A stretch of 19,784 nucleotides of DNA from Clostridia bacterium (GTDB lineage: Bacteria > Bacillota > Clostridia > Christensenellales > Aristaeellaceae): positions 1-19,784 of the forward strand of contig JAUNDF010000030.1 in assembly GCA_030526225.1 (NCBI GenBank), read 5' to 3'. The notes under the pieces are model-generated. The model was not told the DNA's origin and searched no databases. It saw nothing but the letters and a program-made list of their open reading frames with translations. This document shows, piece by piece, positions 6,927-13,959 of this stretch. Numbering within the stretch: the stretch's first letter is position 1; each line of letters starts with the position of its first letter. Both the position numbers and the translations under genes were made by a program.

Positions 6927-8900
6927 TTAAGCCTTGGGCATAACCACTGCCTTGATGCGGCGAACGCCGGCAGAGGAAGCCTCTTCCTTCTTAATCTTGA
7001 AGGAGCCCAGCTCACCGGTGTGCTCCACGTGGGGGCCGCCGCAGATTTCGAAGGAGAAGTCACCCATCTTGTAGGTGCGGACCTTCTCGCCGTACTTGCT
7101 CTCGAACACGTGCATAGCACCCTTTTCGATGGCTTCGGGCACGGTCATCTCTTCCATCACAACGGGCAGGTCGGCGGCGATGGCTTCGTTAACCAGCTTT
7201 TCCACCTCGGCCAGCTCGTCGGGGGTTACCTTGCGGTTAAAGGCGAAGTCGAAGCGCAGACGCTCGGCGGTGATGTTGGAGCCCTTCTGGTAGACCTCGT
7301 CACCCAGTACCTTGCGCAGTGCAGCCTGCAGCAGATGGGTGGCGGTGTGCAGCTTGGTGGTTTCCTCACTGTGGTCCTGCAGGCCGCCCTTGAAGGCACC
7401 GGCAGACAGGTTGCGGCTCTTTTCCTGATGCTCGTTGAAGCGCTTGTCAAAGTCCTCACGGTCAACGGTCAGGCCCTTTTCTGCTGCCAGCTCCATGGTC
7501 ATCTCAATGGGGAAGCCATAGGTATCATACAGCTTGAAGGCGCTGCGACCGTCGAGCACATTCAGGCCAGCCATGCGGGCTTCAACGGCAGCCTTCACAG
7601 CGGCGCTGTCACCGGACTTGCCGGCCTCGATGATGGGCAGCATGTCGGGAGAGGGGCGCAGCTTCTTGGTGGCAGCCAGCTCGTTGGCCTTGGCAGCGGA
7701 ATCCTCGGCAGTGAGGATGGACTCCAGCACAGCCTTGGTGTTCTGTAGGTTGTTCCACAGCTTCTCGAATTCCTTTTCGCCGGTCTTGAGGGTCTTGGCG
7801 AAACGGCTTTCCTCCTGAGTCAGCTGTTCGATGACGAAGGCGCTGTTCATGCCCAGCTCGGGATAAGCGGCCTTGTACTGATCAATGATAACCTTGGCAA
7901 TCTCGGCGGTGAAGCCCTCGGTCATGCCCAGCTGCATGCCGTAGCGGACGGCACGGCGAATCAGACGGCGCAGGATGTAGCCCTGATCGGTGTTGCTGGG
8001 GCCAATGCCGCGTTCATCACCCAGAATGAAGGTGGAAGTACGCATATGGTCAGCGATGATGCGGAATGCCTTGGTGGTTTCCTCGTCACTGCCATACTCC
8101 TTGCCGCTCAGCTCGGCAATGCGGTTGATGATGCCGGTGAAGGCATCGGTTTCGTATACGGTCTTCTTGCCGGTCAGCACGCCGATGGTACGCTCCAGGC
8201 CCATGCCGGTATCCACGTTCTTCTTGGCCAGCGGAACAAAGGTACCGTCAGCCTGCTTGTTGTACTGCATGAACACGTCATTCCAGATTTCCAGATAACG
8301 GCCGCAGGAGCAGGCAGGAGAGCAATCGGGGCCGCAGGGCTCCTTATCGGTGATGATGAACATCTCGGTATCGGGGCCGCAGGGACCGGTCAGGCCGGCA
8401 GGGCCCCACCAGTTGTTTTCCTTGGGCAGGTAGAAGATGTGATCCTCTGCCACACCCATAGAACGCCACAGGTCATGGCTTTCCACATCGCGGGGGCAGT
8501 CATCATCGCCGGCAAACACAGAGAATGCCAGACGGTCCTTCTCCAGACCCAGATATTCGGGGCTGGTGAGGAACTCCCAGCTCTGGGAAATGGCCTGTTC
8601 CTTGAAGTAATCACCCAGGGACCAGTTGCCCAGCATCTCGAAGAAGGTCAGGTGGCTGGGATCGCCGACATCATCAATGTCGCCGGTGCGGATGCACTTC
8701 TGCACGTCGGTCAGGCGGGTGCCGGCGGGATGGGGGGTACCCATCAGATAAGGCACCAGAGGATGCATGCCGGCTGTGGTGAACAGCACGGTGGGATCGT
8801 TTTCGGGAATAACAGAAGCCGACTGGATGCGGTGATGTCCCTTGCTTTCCATAAAGGACTGGAACATTTCACGCAGCTGAGCGGATGTAATCTGCTTCAT
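6927..8900 (-). CDS. alaS: alanine--tRNA ligase, short form (657 aa: catalytic, tRNA-recognition and editing domains, no C-Ala domain)
   Basis: Class II AlaRS motifs FTTAGMHPLVPY, FFEMLGNWSLGDYFK, WGPAGLTGPCGPDTEMF, IWNDVFMQYN and DTGMGLERT. Editing-domain motifs HTATHLLQAAL (HxxxH) and CGGPHV. The protein ends right after GVRRIKAV. GGAAGGAG RBS. Confidence 0.9.
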   Translation of the reverse strand: MKQITSAQLREMFQSFMESKGHHRIQSASVIPENDPTVLFTTAGMHPLVPYLMGTPHPAGTRLTDVQKCIRTGDIDDVGDPSHLTFFEMLGNWSLGDYFKEQAISQSWEFLTSPEYLGLEKDRLAFSVFAGDDDCPRDVESHDLWRSMGVAEDHIFYLPKENNWWGPAGLTGPCGPDTEMFIITDKEPCGPDCSPACSCGRYLEIWNDVFMQYNKQADGTFVPLAKKNVDTGMGLERTIGVLTGKKTVYETDAFTGIINRIAELSGKEYGSDEETTKAFRIIADHMRTSTFILGDERGIGPSNTDQGYILRRLIRRAVRYGMQLGMTEGFTAEIAKVIIDQYKAAYPELGMNSAFVIEQLTQEESRFAKTLKTGEKEFEKLWNNLQNTKAVLESILTAEDSAAKANELAATKKLRPSPDMLPIIEAGKSGDSAAVKAAVEARMAGLNVLDGRSAFKLYDTYGFPIEMTMELAAEKGLTVDREDFDKRFNEHQEKSRNLSAGAFKGGLQDHSEETTKLHTATHLLQAALRKVLGDEVYQKGSNITAERLRFDFAFNRKVTPDELAEVEKLVNEAIAADLPVVMEEMTVPEAIEKGAMHVFESKYGEKVRTYKMGDFSFEICGGPHVEHTGELGSFKIKKEEASSAGVRRIKAVVMPKA

Positions 8901-8952
8901 TGTGACTATCTCCTTCCGGTTATCGCACGATGGCGCTAAACTCACAAATGTC

Positions 8953-8981
8953 ATTATAGCAAAGGATACGCACGATTGCAA
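8953..8981 (-). promoter_or_regulatory. promoter of alaS
   Basis: On the minus strand: TTGCAA, 17-nt spacer, TATAAT. The leader is only about 50 nt. Confidence 0.6.
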
Positions 8982-8996
8982 GCACTTCACAGTCGA

Positions 8997-10379
8997 TTAC
9001 TGCGCCTGCCCCACCGTCAGGTTTCGGACCCAGCGTTCTTTTTTCAGCCACACCCATGCCACGGCGATTTTGATGAAATCCACCGCCTTGACCACGATGT
9101 ACATTTCCACCGGCCCCAGGTCGGTGCAAAGCGCCATATAGAACATGGCCGGGATGGCAATGCCCACCGTGCACACCACATCCACGATGACACCCATCAT
9201 GGTATCACCGCCAGCGCGGGAAATGGCAAACTGTGCATTCTGATAGACCCATGCCGGCATGAAGATGGCCATCCAGAAGACCATCCGCCGGCAAATCGCC
9301 TGAGAGGCAAGGCTGAGGCTGGCAAAGGCCACCGGCACAAGGGCTGTGGTCAGGATGCCCACACCTGTCATTGCAAGGCCGAAGACAAGGGAGATGGTCA
9401 GCAGCCACCGGCTCTCCTGCCGGGCCTGGTCCAGCTTCCCTGCCCCCAAGGATTTCCCTACAATAATGGAAGTAGCCGTCGTCATGCCGGAAAATGCCAC
9501 GAAGAACAGGTTGGCAATGGAGAACGAGCAGGACATGCCGCTGACCACATCCGCACCGCCGCGGCTGTTGTAGAGGGCAGTGGTGATGGTTTCCGACAGC
9601 ACCCATGTCATTTCGGAGAAGATGACCATGCCGCCCTTTTGCAGGATGGAGCGGAACAGGGGCCAGTCGATTGTACGGAAGTCCTTGAGGGAAACAGCAA
9701 AGGGCTGGGGACGGCGCGATGTATAAGCGATATACAGTGCCACCTCGCACACCCGGGCAATGATGGTCGCATAGGCCGCACCCTCTACCTCAAGCCGGGG
9801 TGCACCCAGATTGCCGTAAATCAGCACCCAGTTCATGAAGGTGTTGATGAGGGTTGCGATGACTGAAATCACCAGCGGTGTTTTGACATTGCCTGTTTCG
9901 CGCAGGGAGCTGGCGAAGATGTTTGCCAGAATCATGGGCACGCCCACCAAACCCATGACCCGCATGTACCGGACACCCTCGTCAAGGATGGCATCCGCCT
10001 GAAGATTGCCCACCACCATCAGCGACAGAACGGGCCGCGGGAAAACCATGCATACCAGCATGAAAACAATCACCGAAACGCCGCTGACAATCAGCTTGTA
10101 GCACAGCGTTTGCCGCATGCCCCGCTTGTTGTCCGCACCGAAGAACTGCGTCATGAAGATGCCGCCGGTGATGCAGATGGTGTTGAGCAGGACCATAAAC
10201 ACAAACAGAATCTGACCGGAGATGTTGACACCGGCCATTTTCACATCGCCGAGGCCGGATACCATGAACTGGTCCACCAGCGAAACCAGATTTTGAATCA
10301 GGCTCTGACACATCACCGGCAGAGCGATGAGGGCAGCCTGCTTGTAGAATGCACCGGTTCCAAAATACTTCTTATCCAT
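8997..10379 (-). CDS. MATE family multidrug/toxic compound efflux transporter
   Basis: 460 aa with roughly 12 hydrophobic segments. The N-terminus ALPVMCQSLIQNLVSLVDQFMVSGLG is typical of the MATE family. Confidence 0.9.
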   Translation of the reverse strand: MDKKYFGTGAFYKQAALIALPVMCQSLIQNLVSLVDQFMVSGLGDVKMAGVNISGQILFVFMVLLNTICITGGIFMTQFFGADNKRGMRQTLCYKLIVSGVSVIVFMLVCMVFPRPVLSLMVVGNLQADAILDEGVRYMRVMGLVGVPMILANIFASSLRETGNVKTPLVISVIATLINTFMNWVLIYGNLGAPRLEVEGAAYATIIARVCEVALYIAYTSRRPQPFAVSLKDFRTIDWPLFRSILQKGGMVIFSEMTWVLSETITTALYNSRGGADVVSGMSCSFSIANLFFVAFSGMTTATSIIVGKSLGAGKLDQARQESRWLLTISLVFGLAMTGVGILTTALVPVAFASLSLASQAICRRMVFWMAIFMPAWVYQNAQFAISRAGGDTMMGVIVDVVCTVGIAIPAMFYMALCTDLGPVEMYIVVKAVDFIKIAVAWVWLKKERWVRNLTVGQAQ

Positions 10380-10475
10380 ATTGCTTACCTTCCCGATGGG
10401 TTTTCACAGGATTTTTTGCGAAAACAACATCGTATGAGAATCGTTATTGAATTTATGTTCTTGAACGATTGTTTG

Positions 10476-10504
10476 ATTATAGTGAAAATCAATTCTCTTG
10501 TCAA
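10476..10504 (-). promoter_or_regulatory. consensus promoter of the MATE gene
   Basis: On the minus strand: perfect TTGACA, 17-nt spacer, perfect TATAAT. The leader is roughly 90 nt. Confidence 0.65.
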
Positions 10505-10565
10505 GTGTTTATAGGAAAGATTGTCATTTCGTGTCGTCACAACTTCTCCCGCCGAGGCCATCGCC

Positions 10566-10676
10566 ATGGCAACCCAGATGAAGAACGAGCTGATGTACTA
10601 CCTGGCTGCCAACGCCTCTTTGATACAGCCCCCCAAGGCTCCCTTTACCCCTTCCCTGCTGAACGCAGCTGAATAA
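10566..10676 (+). CDS. possible 36-aa small ORF or remnant of a gene 3-prime end (MATQMKNELMYYLAANASLIQPPKAPFTPSLLNAAE)
   Basis: Host-like G/C-ending codons, GAGG 8 nt upstream, and a terminator directly downstream. The frame is open back to TTG 10521. Below the ORF-track size cutoff, and no homolog recognised. Confidence 0.2.
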   Translation: MATQMKNELMYYLAANASLIQPPKAPFTPSLLNAAE

Positions 10677-10686
10677 GACAAAGCAA

Positions 10687-10726
10687 AGCGCCCTGAATCT
10701 GAAATATGATTCAAGGCGCTGTTTTG
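10687..10726. terminator. bidirectional terminator between the small ORF and the convergent DUF218 gene
   Basis: Stem AGCGCCCTGAATC / GATTCAAGGCGCT (13 bp, 1 mismatch) followed by GTTTTG. Confidence 0.6.
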
Positions 10727-10733
10727 TGTTGAA

Positions 10734-11327
10734 TCAGATATCGAAGTCCGGCATGACGCCGTTTTGCACATAATGAATCAGGTTCTTTGCCTCGGCATAC
10801 ACAAGGCCGCGCATGTGTTCATCCTCCTGCCAGCCCTGCGGATGGTCTGCCGGACAGGGGCAGATCTCAATATGCTTCGGGAAGAAGTAGCGGGCAATGT
10901 GCAGGCTGCGGCGCATATGAAAGGACGCGGTGACCAGAATCACCCGCTTCACCTTGTTCAGCCACATTTCCCGCTGCAGCACCAGCATGGCACACAGGAT
11001 GTTTTCAATGGTGTTGGTGGATGTGTTCTCCACCAGAATATCCGCATCAGGCACGCCCATGTCGATGGCCTTCAGGCTCATGTGGTCTGCCTCGGAAACG
11101 GTATGGCCGGGTGTGGTGCTGGTGATGCCGCCGCACATCATAATCTTCGGTGCGCGGCCTGCCTTGTATGCTTCCACCGCTGTGGGCACCCTGTTGCGCA
11201 TGGCCTTGCCGCTGCCCAGAACAATGATGCAGTCACCCGCTTCCCCATTGTCCTCAAGCCCCTGAAAGAGCAGCCGCTCCACCAGCGCATCGTCCAGTGT
11301 GGATTCGTCGATTTGAGATACCCGCAT
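10734..11327 (-). CDS. YdcF/DUF218 (ElyC/SanA-like) family protein
   Basis: Pattern IIVLGSG...RAPKIMMCGG...TNTIEN...VILVTASFHMRRS is typical of DUF218. The start is at the ATG preceded by GGAGG (residue 15 of the listed ORF). Confidence 0.75.
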   Translation of the reverse strand: MRVSQIDESTLDDALVERLLFQGLEDNGEAGDCIIVLGSGKAMRNRVPTAVEAYKAGRAPKIMMCGGITSTTPGHTVSEADHMSLKAIDMGVPDADILVENTSTNTIENILCAMLVLQREMWLNKVKRVILVTASFHMRRSLHIARYFFPKHIEICPCPADHPQGWQEDEHMRGLVYAEAKNLIHYVQNGVMPDFDI

Positions 11328-11368
11328 GGTATTCAGCCTCCGTTGATTTGCGATTGATTCATAGGACA

Positions 11369-11396
11369 ATTATAGCAGATTCCGCCGCCGCTGCAA
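11369..11396 (-). promoter_or_regulatory. promoter of the DUF218 gene
   Basis: On the minus strand: TTGCAG, 16-nt spacer, TATAAT. Confidence 0.5.
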
Positions 11397-11400
11397 AGAG

Positions 11401-11446
11401 CAAACAAAAACACCCGGAGGACAGCAGCGCTGTTTCCATCCGGGTG
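11401..11446 (-). terminator. terminator of the tat operon
   Basis: Outer stem CACCCGGA / TCCGGGTG with an inner stem, followed on the minus strand by TTTTTGTTTG. Confidence 0.65.
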
Positions 11447-11471
11447 AAAAATGCGATTCGGAAAGCTTCCG

Positions 11472-12239
11472 TTACATGTCCTCAGGGCGGGTACGGGGCT
11501 TGGTAATCTTTGCCACCAGAATGCTGACCTCATACAGCAGCAGCATGGGAATCGCCAGCATGCACTGGGAAACCACGTCCGGCGGGGTCAGCACAGCCGC
11601 AAACACGGCGATGCCCAGAATGACGAACTTCCGCTTCTGTGCCAGCATCTGTGCATTGGTCCAGCCCATACGGGTGGTGATGTACAGTGCCACCGGCAGC
11701 AGGAACGCCACGCCGAAGGGCACGATAAAGCCGAACAGGAAGCCGACGTAGCTGTCAATGCCCAGCATGGGAGTTGCCAGGTTTTCACCGGCGACGAGGA
11801 AGAAATCCACCGCCAGGAAATACACGGCAAAGTAACAGAAGGTTACGCCCAGCAGAAACAAGAATACAGCCACGAAGAACAGGCCGCTGAACAGCTTCTT
11901 TTCATCATCGTACAGGGCGGGCTTGATGAAATTCCACAGCTGCCAGATGATGACCGGGCTGGAGATGATGGCAGCTGCAATCAGTGCCACCTTCAGCTTG
12001 GTCATCAGCGCCTCTGACATGGCGGTGTAGATGATTTCAATGCCGCGGGCCTTGATGGGGCCGGTAATCAGGCCCATCAGCCAATCCACGCAGGTGTAAA
12101 AAATCACCAGAAAGGAAATACCCAGTGCGCCAGCACTGACAAACAGCACCTTGCGCAGTGCCAGCAGGTGGCTGAGCAGCGTTTCCTTTGCCTGTGCCTG
12201 CTCCTGCTGCCGGGTGGACTTTTCAGGTTTCTTTTCCAT
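11472..12239 (-). CDS. tatC: twin-arginine translocase subunit TatC
   Basis: 255 aa with six hydrophobic segments. Family pattern LSHLLALRKVL...GPIKA...ALMTKLKVA...PALYDDEKK. GGAGG RBS. Confidence 0.9.
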   Translation of the reverse strand: MEKKPEKSTRQQEQAQAKETLLSHLLALRKVLFVSAGALGISFLVIFYTCVDWLMGLITGPIKARGIEIIYTAMSEALMTKLKVALIAAAIISSPVIIWQLWNFIKPALYDDEKKLFSGLFFVAVFLFLLGVTFCYFAVYFLAVDFFLVAGENLATPMLGIDSYVGFLFGFIVPFGVAFLLPVALYITTRMGWTNAQMLAQKRKFVILGIAVFAAVLTPPDVVSQCMLAIPMLLLYEVSILVAKITKPRTRPEDM

Positions 12240-12274
12240 GGTTGATAAAATCCTCCATCAGGAAAGAAGCCGGA

Positions 12275-12466
12275 TTAAGCCTTTTCCTCTTCCTTCTTTT
12301 CTTCGGTCTTCTCTTCGGCCTTGGCGGGCTCGTCGTCCTTCATTTCGTTCTTGAAGTCCTTGATGCTCTTGCCCAGAGCCTTACCAACACCGGCCAGCTT
12401 GCTGCCGCCGAACAGTACCAGAGCCAGAACGAGAATCAGAGCAATTTCCCAGGGTCCCAGACGCAT
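12275..12466 (-). CDS. tatA: twin-arginine translocase subunit TatA/E
   Basis: MRLGPWEIALILVLALVLFGGSKLAGVGKALGKSIKDFK is the canonical TatA TM helix, FGG hinge and amphipathic helix, followed by an acidic/lysine tail. AAGGAGG RBS. Confidence 0.85.
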   Translation of the reverse strand: MRLGPWEIALILVLALVLFGGSKLAGVGKALGKSIKDFKNEMKDDEPAKAEEKTEEKKEEEKA

Positions 12467-12489
12467 AATGATGTCCTCCTTGATGTCAA

Positions 12490-12813
12490 TCAATGTTGTT
12501 TGGTTTCTTCTTCGGATTTCTTTAAGTCACGCTTAATGTCGCTGAAGCTGCGCTGCAGCTGCTGCTTTGTATCGCGGATGTCTGCCGTAATGTCTGCTTC
12601 CTTCATGGTCGCATCGATTTCCTTTTTGGTTTCCTCCAGATCGGCGGTCAGATTGTTCCAACCGGTCTCTTCCTTCAGCTCCTTCAGCATCCTGCGGAGA
12701 GCCTTCAGCTGCCTGGCTATCCAGCGGGCTACCTTTGGCAGGTCCTTGGGGCCAACCACCAGAAAGGCTATCAACAGCACCACGACCAGTTCGGCCATGC
12801 CAATGTTAAACAA
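12490..12813 (-). CDS. tatB: TatB-like TatA-family subunit (107 aa)
   Basis: (M)FNIGMAELVVVLLIAFLVVGPKDLPKVARWIARQLKALRR shows the GPxxLP hinge and long amphipathic helix typical of TatB. The start is set at TTG 12813, 7 nt after AGGAGG (alternative ATG 12798). Confidence 0.7.
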   Translation of the reverse strand: MFNIGMAELVVVLLIAFLVVGPKDLPKVARWIARQLKALRRMLKELKEETGWNNLTADLEETKKEIDATMKEADITADIRDTKQQLQRSFSDIKRDLKKSEEETKQH

Positions 12814-12844
12814 GCATTGCCCTCCTTTCATGAGCGCTTTTTGT

Positions 12845-12873
12845 ATTGTACCCCAAAAAAACAAGAATTGCAA
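12845..12873 (-). promoter_or_regulatory. promoter of the tatB-tatA-tatC operon
   Basis: On the minus strand: TTGCAA, 17-nt spacer, TACAAT, about 30 nt upstream of the tatB-like start. Confidence 0.55.
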
Positions 12874-13027
12874 CATTCACTTGAAAATGAAAATAATTTC
12901 GAACAGACAAGCTGCTTCTATATAAAAACATGAAGAATGATAATTTTTCAGCATTTTGTCACTTTATAAATTATGCATTTTCCAAAAACAATGCACAAAA
13001 GTTATAGCTTGTCAACAGGTCAAAAAC

Positions 13028-13056
13028 TTGAAAAAAGGTACTGTTTATGTTATATT
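13028..13056 (+). promoter_or_regulatory. promoter of the FeS-subunit/AOR operon
   Basis: TTGAAA, 17-nt spacer, TATATT. This predicts a 5-prime UTR of about 230 nt. Confidence 0.6.
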
Positions 13057-13065
13057 CTAAGAAAC

Positions 13066-13160
13066 GAATAGAGTCTCCGAGTTTGTATAAGCCCTCCGGG
13101 TTTTGCAAACCATTGGGTGATTCCGGCAACGGAATGGCCTGCCTTTTGCGAAGGAGTGAA
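13066..13160 (+). promoter_or_regulatory. candidate molybdenum/tungsten cofactor (Moco RNA motif) riboswitch
   Basis: Starts just after the predicted TSS. It contains blocks I recall as conserved in the Moco motif: CUCCGAG (13075-13081), GCCCUCC (13091-13097), GGCCUGCC (13137-13144) and GAAGGAG (13150-13156). CUCC/GGAG can close a P1 stem, and AUUCCG-GCAA-CGGAAU forms a GNRA-capped hairpin. It lies upstream of a pterin-enzyme operon. Not verified with a covariance model. Confidence 0.5.
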
Positions 13161-13296
13161 TAAAGAAGCTGCGGGCAGCGTTATATTTGCTGTCTACATT
13201 TTCTTTGTTCACTTTTTGTGCGTTTGCACAGAAAACTCATTCGTGAAACAAACGTTTGGTTTCCAAACATCCACAATTTGTAAGGAGGAGAAAACA

Positions 13297-13428
13297 ATGG
13301 CTGATACAAAGCGCTTCCTTGACAAGGACTACACCCGCCGCCAGTTCCTGAAGCTGTCCGGCAAGAGCCTGGCCGGCCTGTCCATGTCCGGCAGCATGCT
13401 GGCTGCTCTGGGTGTAACCGCGCAGGCA
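13297..13428 (+). other. twin-arginine signal peptide
   Basis: TRRQFLK matches the S/T-R-R-x-F-L-K consensus exactly. A hydrophobic h-region follows, then an AQA-VAE signal peptidase I site after residue 44. Confidence 0.75.
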
Positions 13429-13926
13429 GTTGCAGAGGACAAGGTCCGCGTTTGGGCATTCCCTCAGGGCCTGCTGGTGGTCGATGCTGACCGCTGCGTA
13501 GGCTGCCAGCGCTGCGAAATTAACTGCACGCTGACCAACGACGGCTGCTGCTCCAGCTACATTTCCCGCGTAAAGGTAACCCGTAACCTGACCTCCAGCC
13601 GCAACGGCAACGGTCTGTACACCGAAAACAACTGGACCTACTTCCCTGACACCTGCCGTCAGTGCGAAGATCCTGCCTGCGGCAATGCCTGCCCCATGCA
13701 GGCCATCGAGGCCGGCTTCGACGGTGTTCGCCGCGTAAACCAGGACAAGTGCGTTGGCTGCGGTGCCTGCGTACAGGCTTGCCCCTGGCACATGCCCACC
13801 GTTAACCCCGAAACCAAGAAGTCTTCCAAGTGCGTGCTGTGCGGCGAATGTGCCCGCGGCTGCCCCTCCGGCGCTCTGTCCATCATTCCCTGGGACAAGG
13901 TTTCTGCCGCTGCTCAGGAAGTCTAA
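13297..13926 (+). CDS. Tat-exported 4x[4Fe-4S] ferredoxin-like electron-transfer subunit (DmsB/NrfC/YdhX-like)
   Basis: Strong AAGGAGG RBS 6 nt upstream of the ATG. Twin-arginine signal present. Four cluster motifs: CVGCQRCEINC, CRQCEDPACGNACP, CVGCGACVQACP and CVLCGECARGCP. No C-terminal TM segment. Confidence 0.9.
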   Translation: MADTKRFLDKDYTRRQFLKLSGKSLAGLSMSGSMLAALGVTAQAVAEDKVRVWAFPQGLLVVDADRCVGCQRCEINCTLTNDGCCSSYISRVKVTRNLTSSRNGNGLYTENNWTYFPDTCRQCEDPACGNACPMQAIEAGFDGVRRVNQDKCVGCGACVQACPWHMPTVNPETKKSSKCVLCGECARGCPSGALSIIPWDKVSAAAQEV

Positions 13927-13959
13927 TCGTCCGGGAAAAATATCAAGGAGGAATAAACA

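Noticed and set aside
6816-8939. 310-aa and 297-aa plus-strand ORFs opposite alaS
   Set aside because: They are antisense shadows of alaS, G/A/L/V-rich, with no start context.
8901-8996. Possible T-box leader upstream of alaS
   Set aside because: Only 96 nt separate the MATE stop from the alaS start, and a promoter occupies the middle. The leader of about 50 nt is too short for a T-box, and no specifier or T-box sequence is visible.
8976-12925. Plus-strand ORFs 8976-9866, 10110-10514, 10764-11357, 11451-12017 and 12188-12925
   Set aside because: All are antisense to well-supported MATE, DUF218 and tatC/tatA/tatB genes. Their compositions are His/Gly/Arg-rich or low-complexity, and none has an RBS.
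12974-12995. Inverted repeat TGCATT-N10-AATGCA in the tat/AOR divergent intergenic region
   Set aside because: The arms are only 6 bp and sit in AT-rich DNA, so chance occurrence is likely. It matches no operator consensus that I recognise.
13117-13296. 60-codon N-terminal extension of the FeS-subunit ORF, including a hydrophobic stretch
   Set aside because: It overlaps the riboswitch candidate and has no RBS. The ATG at 13297 has a perfect AAGGAGG and places the RR motif at the normal distance from the N-terminus.
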